A stretch of DNA of 64,000 nucleotides from Eledone cirrhosa (taxonomy: Eukaryota). The stretch covers positions 21,452,001 to 21,516,000 of the forward strand of contig OZ024740.1 of the NCBI GenBank assembly GCA_964016885.1. The letters run 5' to 3'. Within the stretch, counting starts at the first letter, position 1. Each line of letters starts with the position of its first letter. Both the position numbers and the translations under genes were made by a program. Positions 25,235 through 37,745 of the stretch are shown piece after piece. The notes beneath the pieces are model-generated. The model saw only the letters and a list, made by a program, of their open reading frames with translations. It did no database searches and was not told where the DNA came from.

Positions 25235-28200
25235 AATGATTTCATTTATTGGCCACAAGGGCCGACATATAGAGGACAATACAAAAGACTGGGACAGTGG
25301 GGTTTTACAGAAAAATCGAGTAAACAATATGAATAACAATAACAAAGTAACAATAACAAAGTAACAATAAAGTAACAAGAAAATTACAAGAAAAAATTCC
25401 CCAATAGGGGGGATGATCACCCAGGGTTCGCTCAGGTACCCCACCAATCCTGAACGACCCGACGCTTCGAGAGCACCCTGGAAGGGCACCCCTCTCCTCC
25501 TCAATTTTACCTATCTACAGCCGCATGACCAGAGTAGGCCCATTCACACGGGGCATTCTCGCCATGTTCACCCACCTTTTAGCAAATGTACGGGGGGGGG
25601 GGCAACACTTCTCTCTCCACCCTCACCTTCCTTTCCATGTGAAACTTGAAAAAGTTGATGAGGGATTGGCCGAAGAGAAAAGTGTCAGTCTTCAGTCCTT
25701 TCAACCTCGTCCACCATACAACCTCTTTCGCTACTGCCACCAGACAGGAAAATTGCCTGCCCCTCCTGGCCAAAAGAAGGCAGCGGGTCGATCTTAACTA
25801 TGGACTCGGCCGATAGCCGGATCCGTTCTACACGCGACAACAGCTGTTCAACATAACTCCACAAGTCAGTAATGCACGGACACTGGACGAGTGCGTGCAG
25901 AACGGTTTCGTCGCTCTGCGCGCATCTCGGGCAGGTCCGTCTGACAGCACTTCCGTGCCTGTAGAGTTTATCTCGAACCGGCAGTGCCCCCCGGTAGCAC
26001 TGCCAAGCGAGGGATTTTTGGAAATTATCCATCGTCCCCGGCTCGAAAGTCCTCCGGTCAGACTGGTTAGTTCGACTTCGTTGACTCCCAGAGCCTCTCC
26101 GAGTGCGTCGTCGCACTTGCCCACCACTAATCCTCTATAGAACTCGAGAGTGGAAGTTCCACTGACCGCATTGCCCGCATGGTAGAGGGTAGTGAGTGCC
26201 TGGCAACATTCCAGATGCCAGTCACCCAGTCTCGGTCTCTTCTTGACCCAGGACTGCAGCTCAGTCAAAGAAACGAGCTGCGGAAAGGCCCGTCTGACAA
26301 ACGGCGACCACACCTGTTCACCGTTTAGGCAGAATATCTGGAGATGCCGCAGCCTCAGCGCGTCCCTGCGCATCATTAGCCACGGCATGCCCAGCCCTCC
26401 ACGTAGAGGGTGCTGGCAGCAGATGGACTGCCTCACCAGCGGAACCTAACCCCTCCACAAGAATTTGAAGAGGAGCCGCTCCAAGATGGCGAGGCGCGAA
26501 CGGGGTCAAGGGACGACGATCAGACGGTAGTAGATGACGGACGCGATGTTCGCGTTCGCCACCTCCGCCTGACCCTTTAGTGATAGCTTCGTACCCAGCC
26601 CATTTCTGGGTGAGACTGGCTAACCTGCCCGTCACCTCGTCCCAATTCTTATCCACCTGGAGGTCTGGCCCGAACCAAAGCCGTGGCAACTTTACCGGTC
26701 CGTCCGTCCAGCGCCTAACGACGCTGTTGGACGGCATGGACTTGCCTCTCCAAGTGCCGAGTTGCAAGCCCACCGACTTTTCCGGGTTAAGTTTTGCTCC
26801 TGTCAACCTTTCATATTCCTCCAATAAGTTGCCGACCACCTCGATTTCTGAGGTGTCCGACACCATCACGGTGATGTCGTCCGCATAAGCCGACACACCC
26901 TTTCCGCGTCCCGGTTCGAGCAGGATGCCCTGCAACAGCTCCAGCTTCCGAAGTAAAAGCTCGAGAGTCAATACGTACAGAAGGGAGGAGAGAGGGCACC
27001 CTTGACGGACCGATCGGGAGACCTGAAACGGTTCCGAGAGGTGGCCATTAATTTTGACCATCGAGCAGGTGCCGCTGTGCATTGCAGCGATCCAGCTTCT
27101 GAAGACGATGCCGAAGTTTGCGCCTCCCCAACCAAATCCCCGACGACAAGCGCCAACCTCTTCGTTAACACCCTGGCCAAAATTTTAAACTCTGTGTTGA
27201 GCAGAGTTATGGGCCTGAAATTGTCTAATGTGTCCCTCTTGTTCTCGTCTTTCCTTATCAGCGTCACTACGCCCGGCTCACAGAACTGGGAATACTCCCG
27301 TTTTGCTGCCAGTTGCAGTAGAGGGCTTCGAGGAGATTGGAGAACAAGCCTGGCATATTTACGTAAAGCTCGTAGGGCAGACCATCCAAAATGGGTGACT
27401 TGCGCCTCATGCAGCCGACAAGGGCTTCCTGAATCTCGGCTGAAGTAATTGGCCTTTCGCAGCGCCCAGCGTCAGCCGTCGAGAGTTGATGCAAGCCATC
27501 GAGGTAGGGACTGAAGTCCGCCACCATCTGACCCGCCACTTCCCCCGAACAACCGAGCAAAATGTTGGCGAAAGGCCTCACACATCCGCTTGGAATCGCT
27601 CAGCTCGTGTCCATTTCGGTCCGTCAAAGACCGAATCGTGGTTTTATTACCACGCTGCGCCTCTACCACGCGGGCCCATCGAACAGCTTTGGTTCCCTCG
27701 TTTCTCAGAGCACGCGCCTTAGCTCTGACAATGCAACCTTCGTGTTTCGCATTGAAGAAATGGTCTAATGCCATTCTCGCCGCTAGCACGTCAGTTGCAA
27801 TGCCACTACCAATAGCCTCGTCTAACTTATCTACCAACTCCCCCTCCTTTCTATTTTTCTCTAACGCTACTTCTTTGCTAAACTCTATCGACATTACTCT
27901 AATCTCTCTTTTGAGAGCTCCCCACCATCTATTGTTGACGACTTCCCCTGTCAACTTTTTCTTAACTAAATTGTTGACCTGGTCCCTGTAAGCCTTACGT
28001 GCCGGAAATGACATGTTTAGCTTCCAGTAACCAGGTCCTAACCTACGCGTCTTATCTAGGTCGACCATACAGATCACAAACTTGTGATCTGAATAGGCGA
28101 CCGTTTCAAAACGTGGACAGCTTACACTATTTCTGTCTATTTTCCTAATGAATATCCTGTCTATATACGATCTAGATGACCCTATGCGGTTAGCCCAAGT

Positions 28201-30890
28201 CCACACTGGCGCATTAGGGAAATCTACTCGGTACCTGTCAGACAGTTGGAACTGGCTGATCAGGTTCTTGAGGCTTTTGCACCCCCCGCTCCTATCGGAT
28301 ACTCCCACACAGTCCCAGCGTGCGTTTAAGATGCCGTTCCATTCCCCCGCTAACAGTAAAGGGCGAGACGTGCCCAGAAAGGCTTCCAGGCGTCTAAAGA
28401 AGTCCGGCCGTCCTGCCCCAGTAGGAGCATAGAGGGCCACCAGTCTAAAGGCACCACCTTCGTTATTGTTCACGTCCCGGACCACCAACTTCCCGTCCGG
28501 GTCCCGGAAGATCGACCTTACCTCGAGATCCAGACCTTTCCTAAACAGCACTGTCACCCCGCCTCCCATTCCCGGCCGGCTAACAGATGCAAAGATCTGA
28601 TAGTCGTCGAAAATGGGGGCTAGTGCGCGCGTGTCGGAAATCCTGGTCTCGCTGACGACAATTACATCCATTTCTAGAGATCTGAGGTCATTGAGCAGGT
28701 GACCCTGCTTCCAGGACGATCCCAGGCCTCGAACATTTAAACATCCTACTCTTAATACGGCCGTGTTGGCAGGTTAAAAAGAGAGAGAGGAAAGGTTTAC
28801 TTACCTTCCGGGCTCTTGTGAAGGTCGGGTTGTTCGACCTCCATAGTTGGTGGGGTTTCTTTTGGGAACCCCTTTAAAAGTCTTGAAGTTGGTTTTACGT
28901 TCGGGGTTCCCACGTCCCGAGGAAAGCTGTCTCGTATTTCTTTGTATAATTCGATCGACATTCGCACGAGAACCAAATCTTCCGGCACGCGAAATGTGCT
29001 CGATTTAAAAATTTCCTCCTCTTTTTGTATATATACGAACACGAAGTTTTGTATGTTTTGTTGGTGTGATTTTATTTGTTTGCGTGGCTGTGGTGGTGAT
29101 GGTTTTGGTGGTGTTGTTTCGGTTGTGTCTGTGTTGGTTGTGAGTGCGGTGTCTGTGGTTTCAGATGTTTGTGTGTATATTTGTTCTTGCGTCTGTTTAG
29201 GTTGTTTGCGTTTGGGGGATTCTGGTGATGGTGATGGTGGTGTTGATGTTGGTGTTATTGAAGAGATGTTTACGTGGGTGGTGTCTGTGTTTTTTTATTG
29301 TAGGTGATTTTGTGCTTTGTTGATTTTTTTTTTCTTTTTGTGTTTCCTTTTTTGTATTTTGGGGGATTTTGGTTTTCCTCCATCTTCACTACTGGTAGAT
29401 GAGGGGTCTGTGAATGTGTATGTTTATGGTTTTATTGGTGTGTGTATTTTTTTTTGGGGGGGGGGGAGGAATTTGACAGCTTTCCTCGTCTCCCCCCTGG
29501 GTGGTCAATGTTGGTGGTGGTCTTTCTATTGGTGTTGTTGCTGGTGGTTTTGCCGGTGCTGGTGTTGGTTGTGGTCCTCGCCCCGGCGTCGGCAGCAGTG
29601 GAGCCTTTCGACCCCTTGCCTCTTTCAGCAGTTGAGGGCAGAAGGCTGGCAAATGGGTTTTTTCCCCCAAAACAAAACACTGCGGCCTTTTGCCTTCGGT
29701 CATAATGTGAATGACCGTCCCATTCTGAAGGCGGATGTGGTCCGGGATTGTCTTCACATTGTCGAGCCTGATCTGGAGAAGGATCTCCAGGTCAACCCCG
29801 GACCAGTCCTCTCTGGCCGTTCTGGTCACTTCTATAGGGACAGTATCCGTCCACTCCACAATCACACATCCCAGAAGCCATCACATGTCAAGCCCTGGTG
29901 GGATTATGGGAATGCGGAGACGGGCCGTTCTTTTTCCCATGTGTGAGGGGTACATTATGACCTTACTGGTTTTGCAAGGAGTCATAGCGTGTTTCATAGC
30001 GAGGGCTTCTGACTTGAACAACACCGAAATGGTGCCGTACTGTCTTCCCCTCTCTATGTATTCGGTGTCTTCTCTGATGCACCTCAGCGCGACTTCGACA
30101 TCTGCTTGTGGGATTAAGCTGCCCTTTTGGTTTGTGCTGAGATGCATCTATAATGCACCGTTCTGCGCTCCACTGCCTCAATAGCTTCTACCGGGACAGT
30201 TAAGTTGGCCCAGGTTTGCTCTTGCTTGATGAGCTTCCATGCCTGGGCCAACTTTTCATCTTTGTTTGAGAGGTCCGCAGCGAAAGTGTTCTTCTTGTTT
30301 TCGTTGGGGGTGTTGTTGTCGTTGTTCTTGTTGGTGTTGTTGTTATCACTGTCGCTGTTATCATTGTTGTCTTTGTTGCCACCGTTGTTCTCGGTGCAGT
30401 TGGTATTGTTGCTGTTGGTGTTGTCGCTTTTTGTTTTCATGTTAGTGGTGTTGATATTGTTGTTGCATTTGTCATTTTTTTTTGTTATCTGTATTTTCGT
30501 TGTCGCTGTTACTGTCATTTTTTTCAAAATTAGAGTTCTTATTGGTATCATTGGTGTCTTTGTTTACATTGTTTGTGGTGGTGTTTGTGTTATCAATGTG
30601 TGTTAATTTCGCTGTAGCGCTCCTCTCAACTTCTACGTCGTTGTCGCACGACAGCAGACATATCGCTGGGGGACGTGGCTCAGCCATTTTTTTTTCTCCG
30701 TAAATTTTTTTAACATGTAAAAAAAGTTCAAATATTTGGGCCAAAATGCCCAAATATTATACTTTCCCCTTCACGGGGGAAAGTCTAAGGCTTATATCCC
30801 TTACACAACAATAACTATTTAACAACAAATAATTTTAACAGGCAAATAAAGCGACTTACTGGGAGCGAACAAAATACGTCCGCTTAGACC
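25235..30890 (-). mobile_element. L1/Tx1-clade element C, full length, degenerate
   Basis: ORF1 ATG at 30687 with Asn-rich N-terminus and degenerate CCHC. ORF2 has EN (VSET, YSDHK, GPGYWKLN), RT (RQGCPLS, YADD) and a C-terminal Cys motif. Confidence 0.93.

Positions 30891-30941
<51 letters not shown>
30891..30941. repeat. (AAT)17 spacer joining elements D and C
   Basis: Seen directly. Confidence 0.97.
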
Positions 30942-30942
<1 letters not shown>

Positions 30943-31185
30943 TTTTCTTTATTAACCACAAGGGTTCACATAAAGTAGACATTAAGGACAGTACAGGACA
31001 ATACAGGACGGTACAAATGGGCATTTCTGCGTATAAAAAAAACAGAGGATGAAATAAAATAACAAAGAAAAATTCCCCAATAGGGGGGAGACTTCGGAGG
31101 GACATTTGTGGAGAAAGCCCAGTAAAAAGCCACAATGACCCTGACCACCAAGGCAAGTGCCCTCTCCCAGTTTTCCACTTTTAAT

Positions 31186-34100
31186 TTACAGATATATACT
31201 CAGAGTAGGCCCATTCACTCGGGCCATTCTTGCTTCTCTCACCCATCTTTCAACAAAATGCTAGGAAGAGAGCACTTCCCTCTCTACTCTGATTTTCCTT
31301 TTCAAATGAAATTTGAAAAAGTCAATCAGAGCATCACCGAAGAGGTAAGTGCTCGTCTTCAGCCCTTTCAAACGTGTCCACCATACTATCTCTTTCGCCA
31401 TGGCCACCAGACAGATAAAAACTGCCTGCCCTTCCCGGCTAAAGGAGGAGGGCGGGGCAATCCTCACGATGGACTCAGATGATAGCCGGATCCGTCCTAA
31501 ACGCGACAGCAGGTGTTCGACATAAACCCACAAGTCAGCAATTTTCGGACACTGGACGAGTTCGTGCAGGACGGTTTCGTCGCCCTGTGCGCATCTCGGA
31601 CATGCCCGGCTGACGGCACCTCCATGCCTGTAGAGTTTATCCCGAACTGGCAAGGCTCCTCGGTAGCACTGCCAGGCCAGAGATTTCTGGAAGTTGTCCA
31701 TAGGCCCTGGCCCGAAAGTTCTTCCGAAGAGATTGGCTAGTTGATTTTCGTCGACGCCTAGAGTTTCCCCAAGTACGTCGTCGCTCTTCCCCTCCACTAA
31801 TCCTCTATAGAACGCCGAGGTGGAGTTTCCACCGATCACATTGCCCGATTGGTCGAGGGCTGTGAGCGCCTGAAGACATTCCAGTCTCCAGGCGCTCCCT
31901 CTCGGTCTTCGCTTGACCCAGGACTGCAGCTCCGTCAAGGAAACGAGCTTGGGAAATACGTGTCTAGCAAACGGTGACCACACCTGATCACCGTCGAGGA
32001 AGAGGTGGAGATGTCGTAGCCTGAGCGCGTGCCTGCGCATCATCAGCCACGGCATGCCCAGCCCTCCACGTAGCGGGTGTTGACAACAGATGGACCGCCT
32101 GACCATCGGAGCGCGTCCCTTCCACAAAAAGCGAAAGAGCAAACGCTCCAGCGCAGTCAGGCGAGGCTTAGGACAAGGTACGACGGTCAGGCGGTAGCAG
32201 ATGACAGACGCGATGTACGCGTTACCCACCTCCGCTCGACCTTTCAGGGATAGCTTCCTCTCCGCCCATTTCTGGGTGAGAGAAGCCACCCTGCTCGTCA
32301 CCTCGTCCCAGTTTTTGTCCGTCTGGAGGTCCGGACCGAACCAGACCCCTAGCAATTTAACCGGTCCGTCCGTCCAGCGTCCGACGACGCTGTTGGACGG
32401 CATGGACCTGCCTCTCCAGGTGCCGAGCTGCAGGCCCACTGACTTTTCCTGGTTGATCATTACTCCTGTCACCGCTTCGTATTCTCTTAGTGTAGTGCCG
32501 ATCGCCTCGATGTGTTTGGCGTTCGACACCACTACGGTGACATCGTCCGCATATGCTGACACGGATCTTCCGCATCCTAGTTCGCGCGGGACCCCCCTCA
32601 ACGTCTCCAGTTTGTGCAGTAATGGCTCGAGAGTCAATACGTACAAGAGGGACGAGAGGGGACATCCTTGGCGGACCGAGCGCATGATGTTGAACAGTTC
32701 CGACAGGTGACCGTTCACTCTCACCACAGAGCAGATGTCGCTGTGCATGGCAGCGATCCAGCCTCTGAAGACGGGCCCAAAGCCAGCCGCCCTCAGAACT
32801 GCCGCTAGGTAACGATGGTCGACCCTATCGAAAGCTTTCGACTGATCTAAATTGATCAAGGACCCACCCGTGCCAGGTTCCTTAGCTACCCTCTCTACGA
32901 TGTATCGCATGAGGTGGAGGTTGTCGTGGATGGATCTGTCGGGAATGGCGCATGTCTGCGCCTCTCCCACCAGACCACCAACGACAAGCGCCAACCTCTT
33001 TGCTAGCACCTTTGCCAAAATCTTGAACTCTGTGTTTAGCAGAGTTATGGGCCGGAAATTATCTATGTTATCCCCCTTGTTCGGATCCTTTCCCAACAGT
33101 GCCACCGCTCCTCGGCTCACAGAACTGGGAATTCTCCCGTTCTGTTGCCAGTTGCAGTAGACGTCCGCCAAGAGGCCTCCGAACAAGTCTGGCATCTGTA
33201 CGTAAAGTTCATAGGGCAGACCATCCAAACCAGGCGATTTACCCCTTGTGCAGCCAGTCATTGCCTCCCTTACTTCAGCGGCTGTTATCGGCTTTTCGCA
33301 ACACTTCGCCTCAGTGGCCGAGAGTCGCGGCAGTCCGTTGAGGTAGACACTAAAGTCCATCCCTCGACCCGGCCCACCGCTGCCCCCGAACAGCTGAGCG
33401 AAGTGTCGCTGAAAAGCTTCACACATTTGCCCGGGATACAGTAGCATGCGCCCGTCGTGGTCCACCAAAGACCGGATCGTGGCTTTGTTGCCACGACGCG
33501 CCTCCGCCACTCGGGCCCATTGAACGGCTTTCGTCTGAGAGCACGCACCTTGCTCTGACAACGCAGCCTTCGTGCTTTGCATTGAAGAATTGGTCAAGGG
33601 CCAATTTCGCCGCAAGCACGTCGGTCGCAATACCTTTGCTAAGCGCCTCGTCTAATTTTCTAACTAGTTCTCCCTCTGCTCTATTTTTCTCTATTGCTAA
33701 AGCCTTACTAAACCTAATGGATTCTATTCTAATCGCTCTTTTCAGAGCAAACCACCACTTGTTGTTGACGATGGCCCCCGTCAACGCCCGCTTAACTAGT
33801 TCGCTAATCCGGTCTCTGTAGGCCTTGCGCGCTGGTAAGGACGCGTTTAGCTTCCAGTAGCCGGGTCCTCGTCTATGAAGCCTATCTAAGTCAAGCACAC
33901 AGATCACGAATTTGTGGTCCGTGTAGCTGACTATCTTGAATTGTGGACAGCCTATGCTAGACCTATCTATTTCCCTACAAAATACTCTATCTAGATATGA
34001 TCTGGATGACCCTATGCAATTTGTCCAAGTCCACATTGGCGCATTCGGGAAATCCAATCGGTACCTGTCAGACAGTTCAAAACGCCTGAGCAGGTTGGTG

Positions 34101-34594
34101 AGGCTCTTGCACCCTCCACCCCTATCTGCTAATCCCACACAGTCCCAGCGTGCATCTAAGATCCCGTTCCAGTCGCCCACTAACACTAAAGAGCGGGACG
34201 TTCCAAGAAAGGTCTCCAGACGCCGGAAGAAATCAGGCCGCTCTGCTCCTGTCGGGGCATAGACGGCCACTAGCCTGAAAGCTTGCCCGTCTCCGCTGGT
34301 CACGTCCAGCACCACCAGCTTACCGTCTGGGTCCAGGAAGATGGCCCGTATGGCGAGATCCAAACCTCTCTGAAAAAGCACAGCAACTCCTCCCCCCGAT
34401 CCAGGACGGCTGGGAGATGCGTACACATCGTAGCCGCCGAAGTTCGGTGCGAAGGCCCGTGCTTCGGAGATTCTGGTCTCGCTGATGGCCACTACATCTA
34501 TGTTTAGTGACCTGAGGTCGTTGAGCAGGTGACCCTGCTTCCATGACGACCCCAAGCCACGCGCATTTATGCTGCCTATTCTGAGTGAGGTCAT
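31186..34594 (-). pseudogene. Element D ORF2: APE endonuclease, reverse transcriptase and C-terminal Cys-rich domain
   Basis: 391-aa and 789-aa ORFs overlap across a frameshift near 33535-33550. There is a premature TAG at 31261-31263, and the homologous stop is in frame at 31186. Confidence 0.9.
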
Positions 34595-34629
34595 GTTTAA
34601 AATAGAGTGGAAAAGATGGGAAAGACCAC

Positions 34630-36731
34630 TTACCGTACTTTTCGTAGAGGAGGGATGGTTTTTACATCCCTTTTCACTTGATCGTCTGGTGAAGGGACCG
34701 TTGAATCGTCCCTTCGGCTGGTCGTCGGCTCTTCTAAGAGAATGTCTGAATATACTCTTCGATTGATAGTTCCTCCTAGATCCCTGAAATCACCAACTGC
34801 GTTGGGGAATTTCGTTTTAATGTTTGTGTATTGTTTCTGTGCTATTTTTAGCAGTCTTATGTTAGTTGGCGTTTTGATTGGTGCTGGTATTATGTAGTCG
34901 TGTTGTGAAATGTCTGTGTGTTCAATTATGTAAGTCATTAGTTTCTTGTTGTGTGTATTTATTGCCGTGCATTTGTTTTTCTGGGGGTGGGGTGTGGTTC
35001 TGCTATTTTCTTGTCGTTGTTGCTGGGTGTGTGTGTTTTGTTGTTGTGTTTGCGATGTTGGTGCTTGTGGTGGTGGTGTTGAAGGTGTTGTTGGCGGTGG
35101 GGTTGTCGCCGGTGGTGATGGTGGTGCTAGTGTGGGTGGTGATGGTGTTGGTGGTGTTGCTGCTGTGGGTCTCTTTGCAGTAGACTTTACCCTTTTCTCA
35201 TTTCTTTCCTCCCTTTTCAAAGGCGACGATGCGCTGCTTCTGCGTTTGTGCCTTCTTACGACCTTTTGCCATCTCTCTCCCACCTCACACTCCATGTCTG
35301 ATTCTGTGAGGTCGGGGAGGGGTACCAGCTCCACTCTTTCACTTGTTGTTGTTGGTGATGTTTGCACTGGAGTCTCTGTTGCAGCTGCATTTGGTATTGC
35401 TGTTGTTGTTGTTAATATTTCCACTGCTGCTGCTGTTTTTGATTTCCGTGGCGTGGGTATGGGTGCCACGGACCTATCGTTCCTGGTTGCCGCTTGTCCT
35501 GTTGCTGGTAGACGTGGAGCCGGTTTCGGAAGGAGGGGGGTTTTCTCCTTTCTCAGGGTCTTCTCGTTGCAGAAGGCCCTGAGGTGAGTCTTCGATCCAC
35601 AGCGAAAGCATTTCGGGCGTTTTCCCTCAACACTTATGGGCAGTTGAGTGCCGTTATCGAAGTCTATCACATCGGGGATAGCTTCGATGCTCTCCTGGTT
35701 GGTTTGGATTAGCATCTCAATGGAGGTGCCGACCCAATCTTCTCTTACTTTTTCTGTACTTGCAGTACAGTTGTTTTGTCCTCGATTCCGAGGAGGACAG
35801 ACGCGGCCAGCCAAGAATGGGCCATCCCGGGGGGGACGTGGGTCAGTTTGACCCTCACAATTTTTTGCCCGCAGTAGGAGGGCACCAACACCATTTCCTC
35901 GCTCCTTAGGGCCACTACGGATTGGGCCTTTGCCTCCTGGGGTGTGGCAAAAAGTACGTCTACGGTGGCATATTTTTTTCCTCGGGTGATGTGCGTTTTC
36001 CGCTGCCACACTGACCCCAAGGCTTTTTGTATTTGAGCCTCTGTGGCTCTTTCCACCCTACGGGATTTTGTACTTACTGTACGGTACGTGACCGTACAGT
36101 GCTGTTGGGTTTCGAAAAATTTTTCCGCTGCCTTGCAGATTGCTCGGTGTCCTGTTTTTGTCACCATCTTCTTCGCTTCCTCTAATTCCTCATTTGTTAT
36201 GAGGATTGTTTCCAAGTTTTTCGCAATACCTGCAAATGAGATTGGTTTTTCTTTGCTGCTGTTGTTGTTGTTGTCGTCAGAGCTGCTGTTACTTTTGTTG
36301 TTGCTGCAGGTACTATGACTACTGCCTCCGCCGCTGTTGCTGTGGTTGTTGTTGGTGTTGCTGCTGCTAATGCTGTTGTTTTTTATGCTGCTGGTGATGC
36401 TGTTACGGCTGCTACTGTTGTTTTCATTGTCACTGTTGCTGTTGTTATTACGGCTGCTACTGCTATTATTCCTGACGTCAGACGAATGAACTGGGTTTTC
36501 GTATTTCCCGCACACCTGTTTCGTCGCTGTCGTCGTCGTCGTGGAGAAACCTTGCACGCTTTGCACGAGACTTTTCTTTTCTTTCGTCGCTTGCGAAAGA
36601 GAAGGGAGGGAGAGAGACACATTTAAAGAAGGGAGGGAGAGAGACAATCTTCTCTCTGCTGTAGTGACGATTGAGGAAAAAGAAGACGGAATGAGTGGGA
36701 GTGACCTATGCAAATTCTTTTTCGTAGCCAT
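34630..36731 (-). pseudogene. Element D ORF1: gag-like protein with Ser/Asn-rich N-terminus, putative RRM-like region, CCHC knuckle and Pro/Thr-rich linker
   Basis: AACATGGCT start at 36731, CFRCGSKTHLRAFC knuckle, one frameshift near 35750. Confidence 0.85.
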
Positions 36732-36947
36732 GTTGTTTTTTTTGTTAAAAATAAATATTGGGTACAAAACCCCAATAAGCAGTTATTTAACCCCGAAGGG
36801 CCAAATAACGGGCAGAAAGACCCCTCTCACGAGGAGGAGGGTGTTTTTGTCTACAAGTTGGTCTAAGTTTTAAACAATTTACAATTGTTATAGCGTTCAA
36901 AATTTACAGTACCTTACAGAGCCGAGCCTCCGTCAACCATAGCATTC

Positions 36948-36972
36948 AATAATAATAATAATAATAATAATA
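36948..36972. repeat. (AAT)n at the 5' junction of element D
   Basis: Seen directly. Confidence 0.95.
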
Positions 36973-37745
36973 AGGGAGACCTTACAAAAACTACAGAAGG
37001 AATGCTAATGGCTGCGCAAGAGCAGACCCTCAGAACGAAGTGGGTGAAACACCATATTTACAAGAAGGAGGCTAGCTCACTGTGTAGGATCTGTGGAGAG
37101 AGAGAGGCGACTGTGGCTCACATTGTATCCGAGTGTAAACACCTAGCCCAGACTCACTATAAAGGCTGGAGACATGATGTGATAGGCAGGGTGATCCACT
37201 GGCACCTATGCAAAGTAAACAATTTACCACATTCTGAGAAGTGGTATGAGCATAAGCCAGAGTTGGTGATAGAAAACGATCAGGTGAAGGTACTATGGGA
37301 CTTTAGGATACAGACGGACAAGAAATTATAACACAATAGACCTGACCTGGTGGTTTTGGACAAGGAAAAAAGATCGTGTCTGATTGTGGATGTAGCCTGC
37401 CCATTTGACACGAGAGTGCAAGAAAAGGAGAGGGAGAAAATTAACCGATACCAGGACTTAAAGTGGGAGTTTAAAAGGATTTGGAACTGCCATGAAGTCA
37501 AGGTCGTCCCGATTGTCATAGGCGCACTAGGTACTATCTCAAAGAGTTTCCAAGGATGGTTAAAGAAGATTAGTCCAGCCCCGCTTTTTGGAACACTTCA
37601 AAAGGCATGCTTGCTGGGAACAGCAAGAACCCTCCGATACGTCCTGAATATCTGAGGCTGCAGGTAGCAGCTTGATATTCATTTCAACAAACTGTCCAGT
37701 TAAAATAACATCAATGACTGAGACTCAAAGAACAATTATAATAAT
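36973..37745 (+). mobile_element. R4/Dong-like RLE non-LTR retrotransposon, 5'-truncated, inserted in (AAT)n
   Basis: AAQEQ, CRIC...HIVSEC, RHD, WDFRIQTD, RPD, DVACP, KINRYQDL, VPIVIGALG. (AAT)n on both sides. Confidence 0.88.

Larger units (their letters stand above)
30942..36947 (-). mobile_element. L1/Tx1-clade element D, full length, best preserved
   Basis: Two-ORF structure, (AAT)n on both flanks, and only a few disabling changes. Confidence 0.95.
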
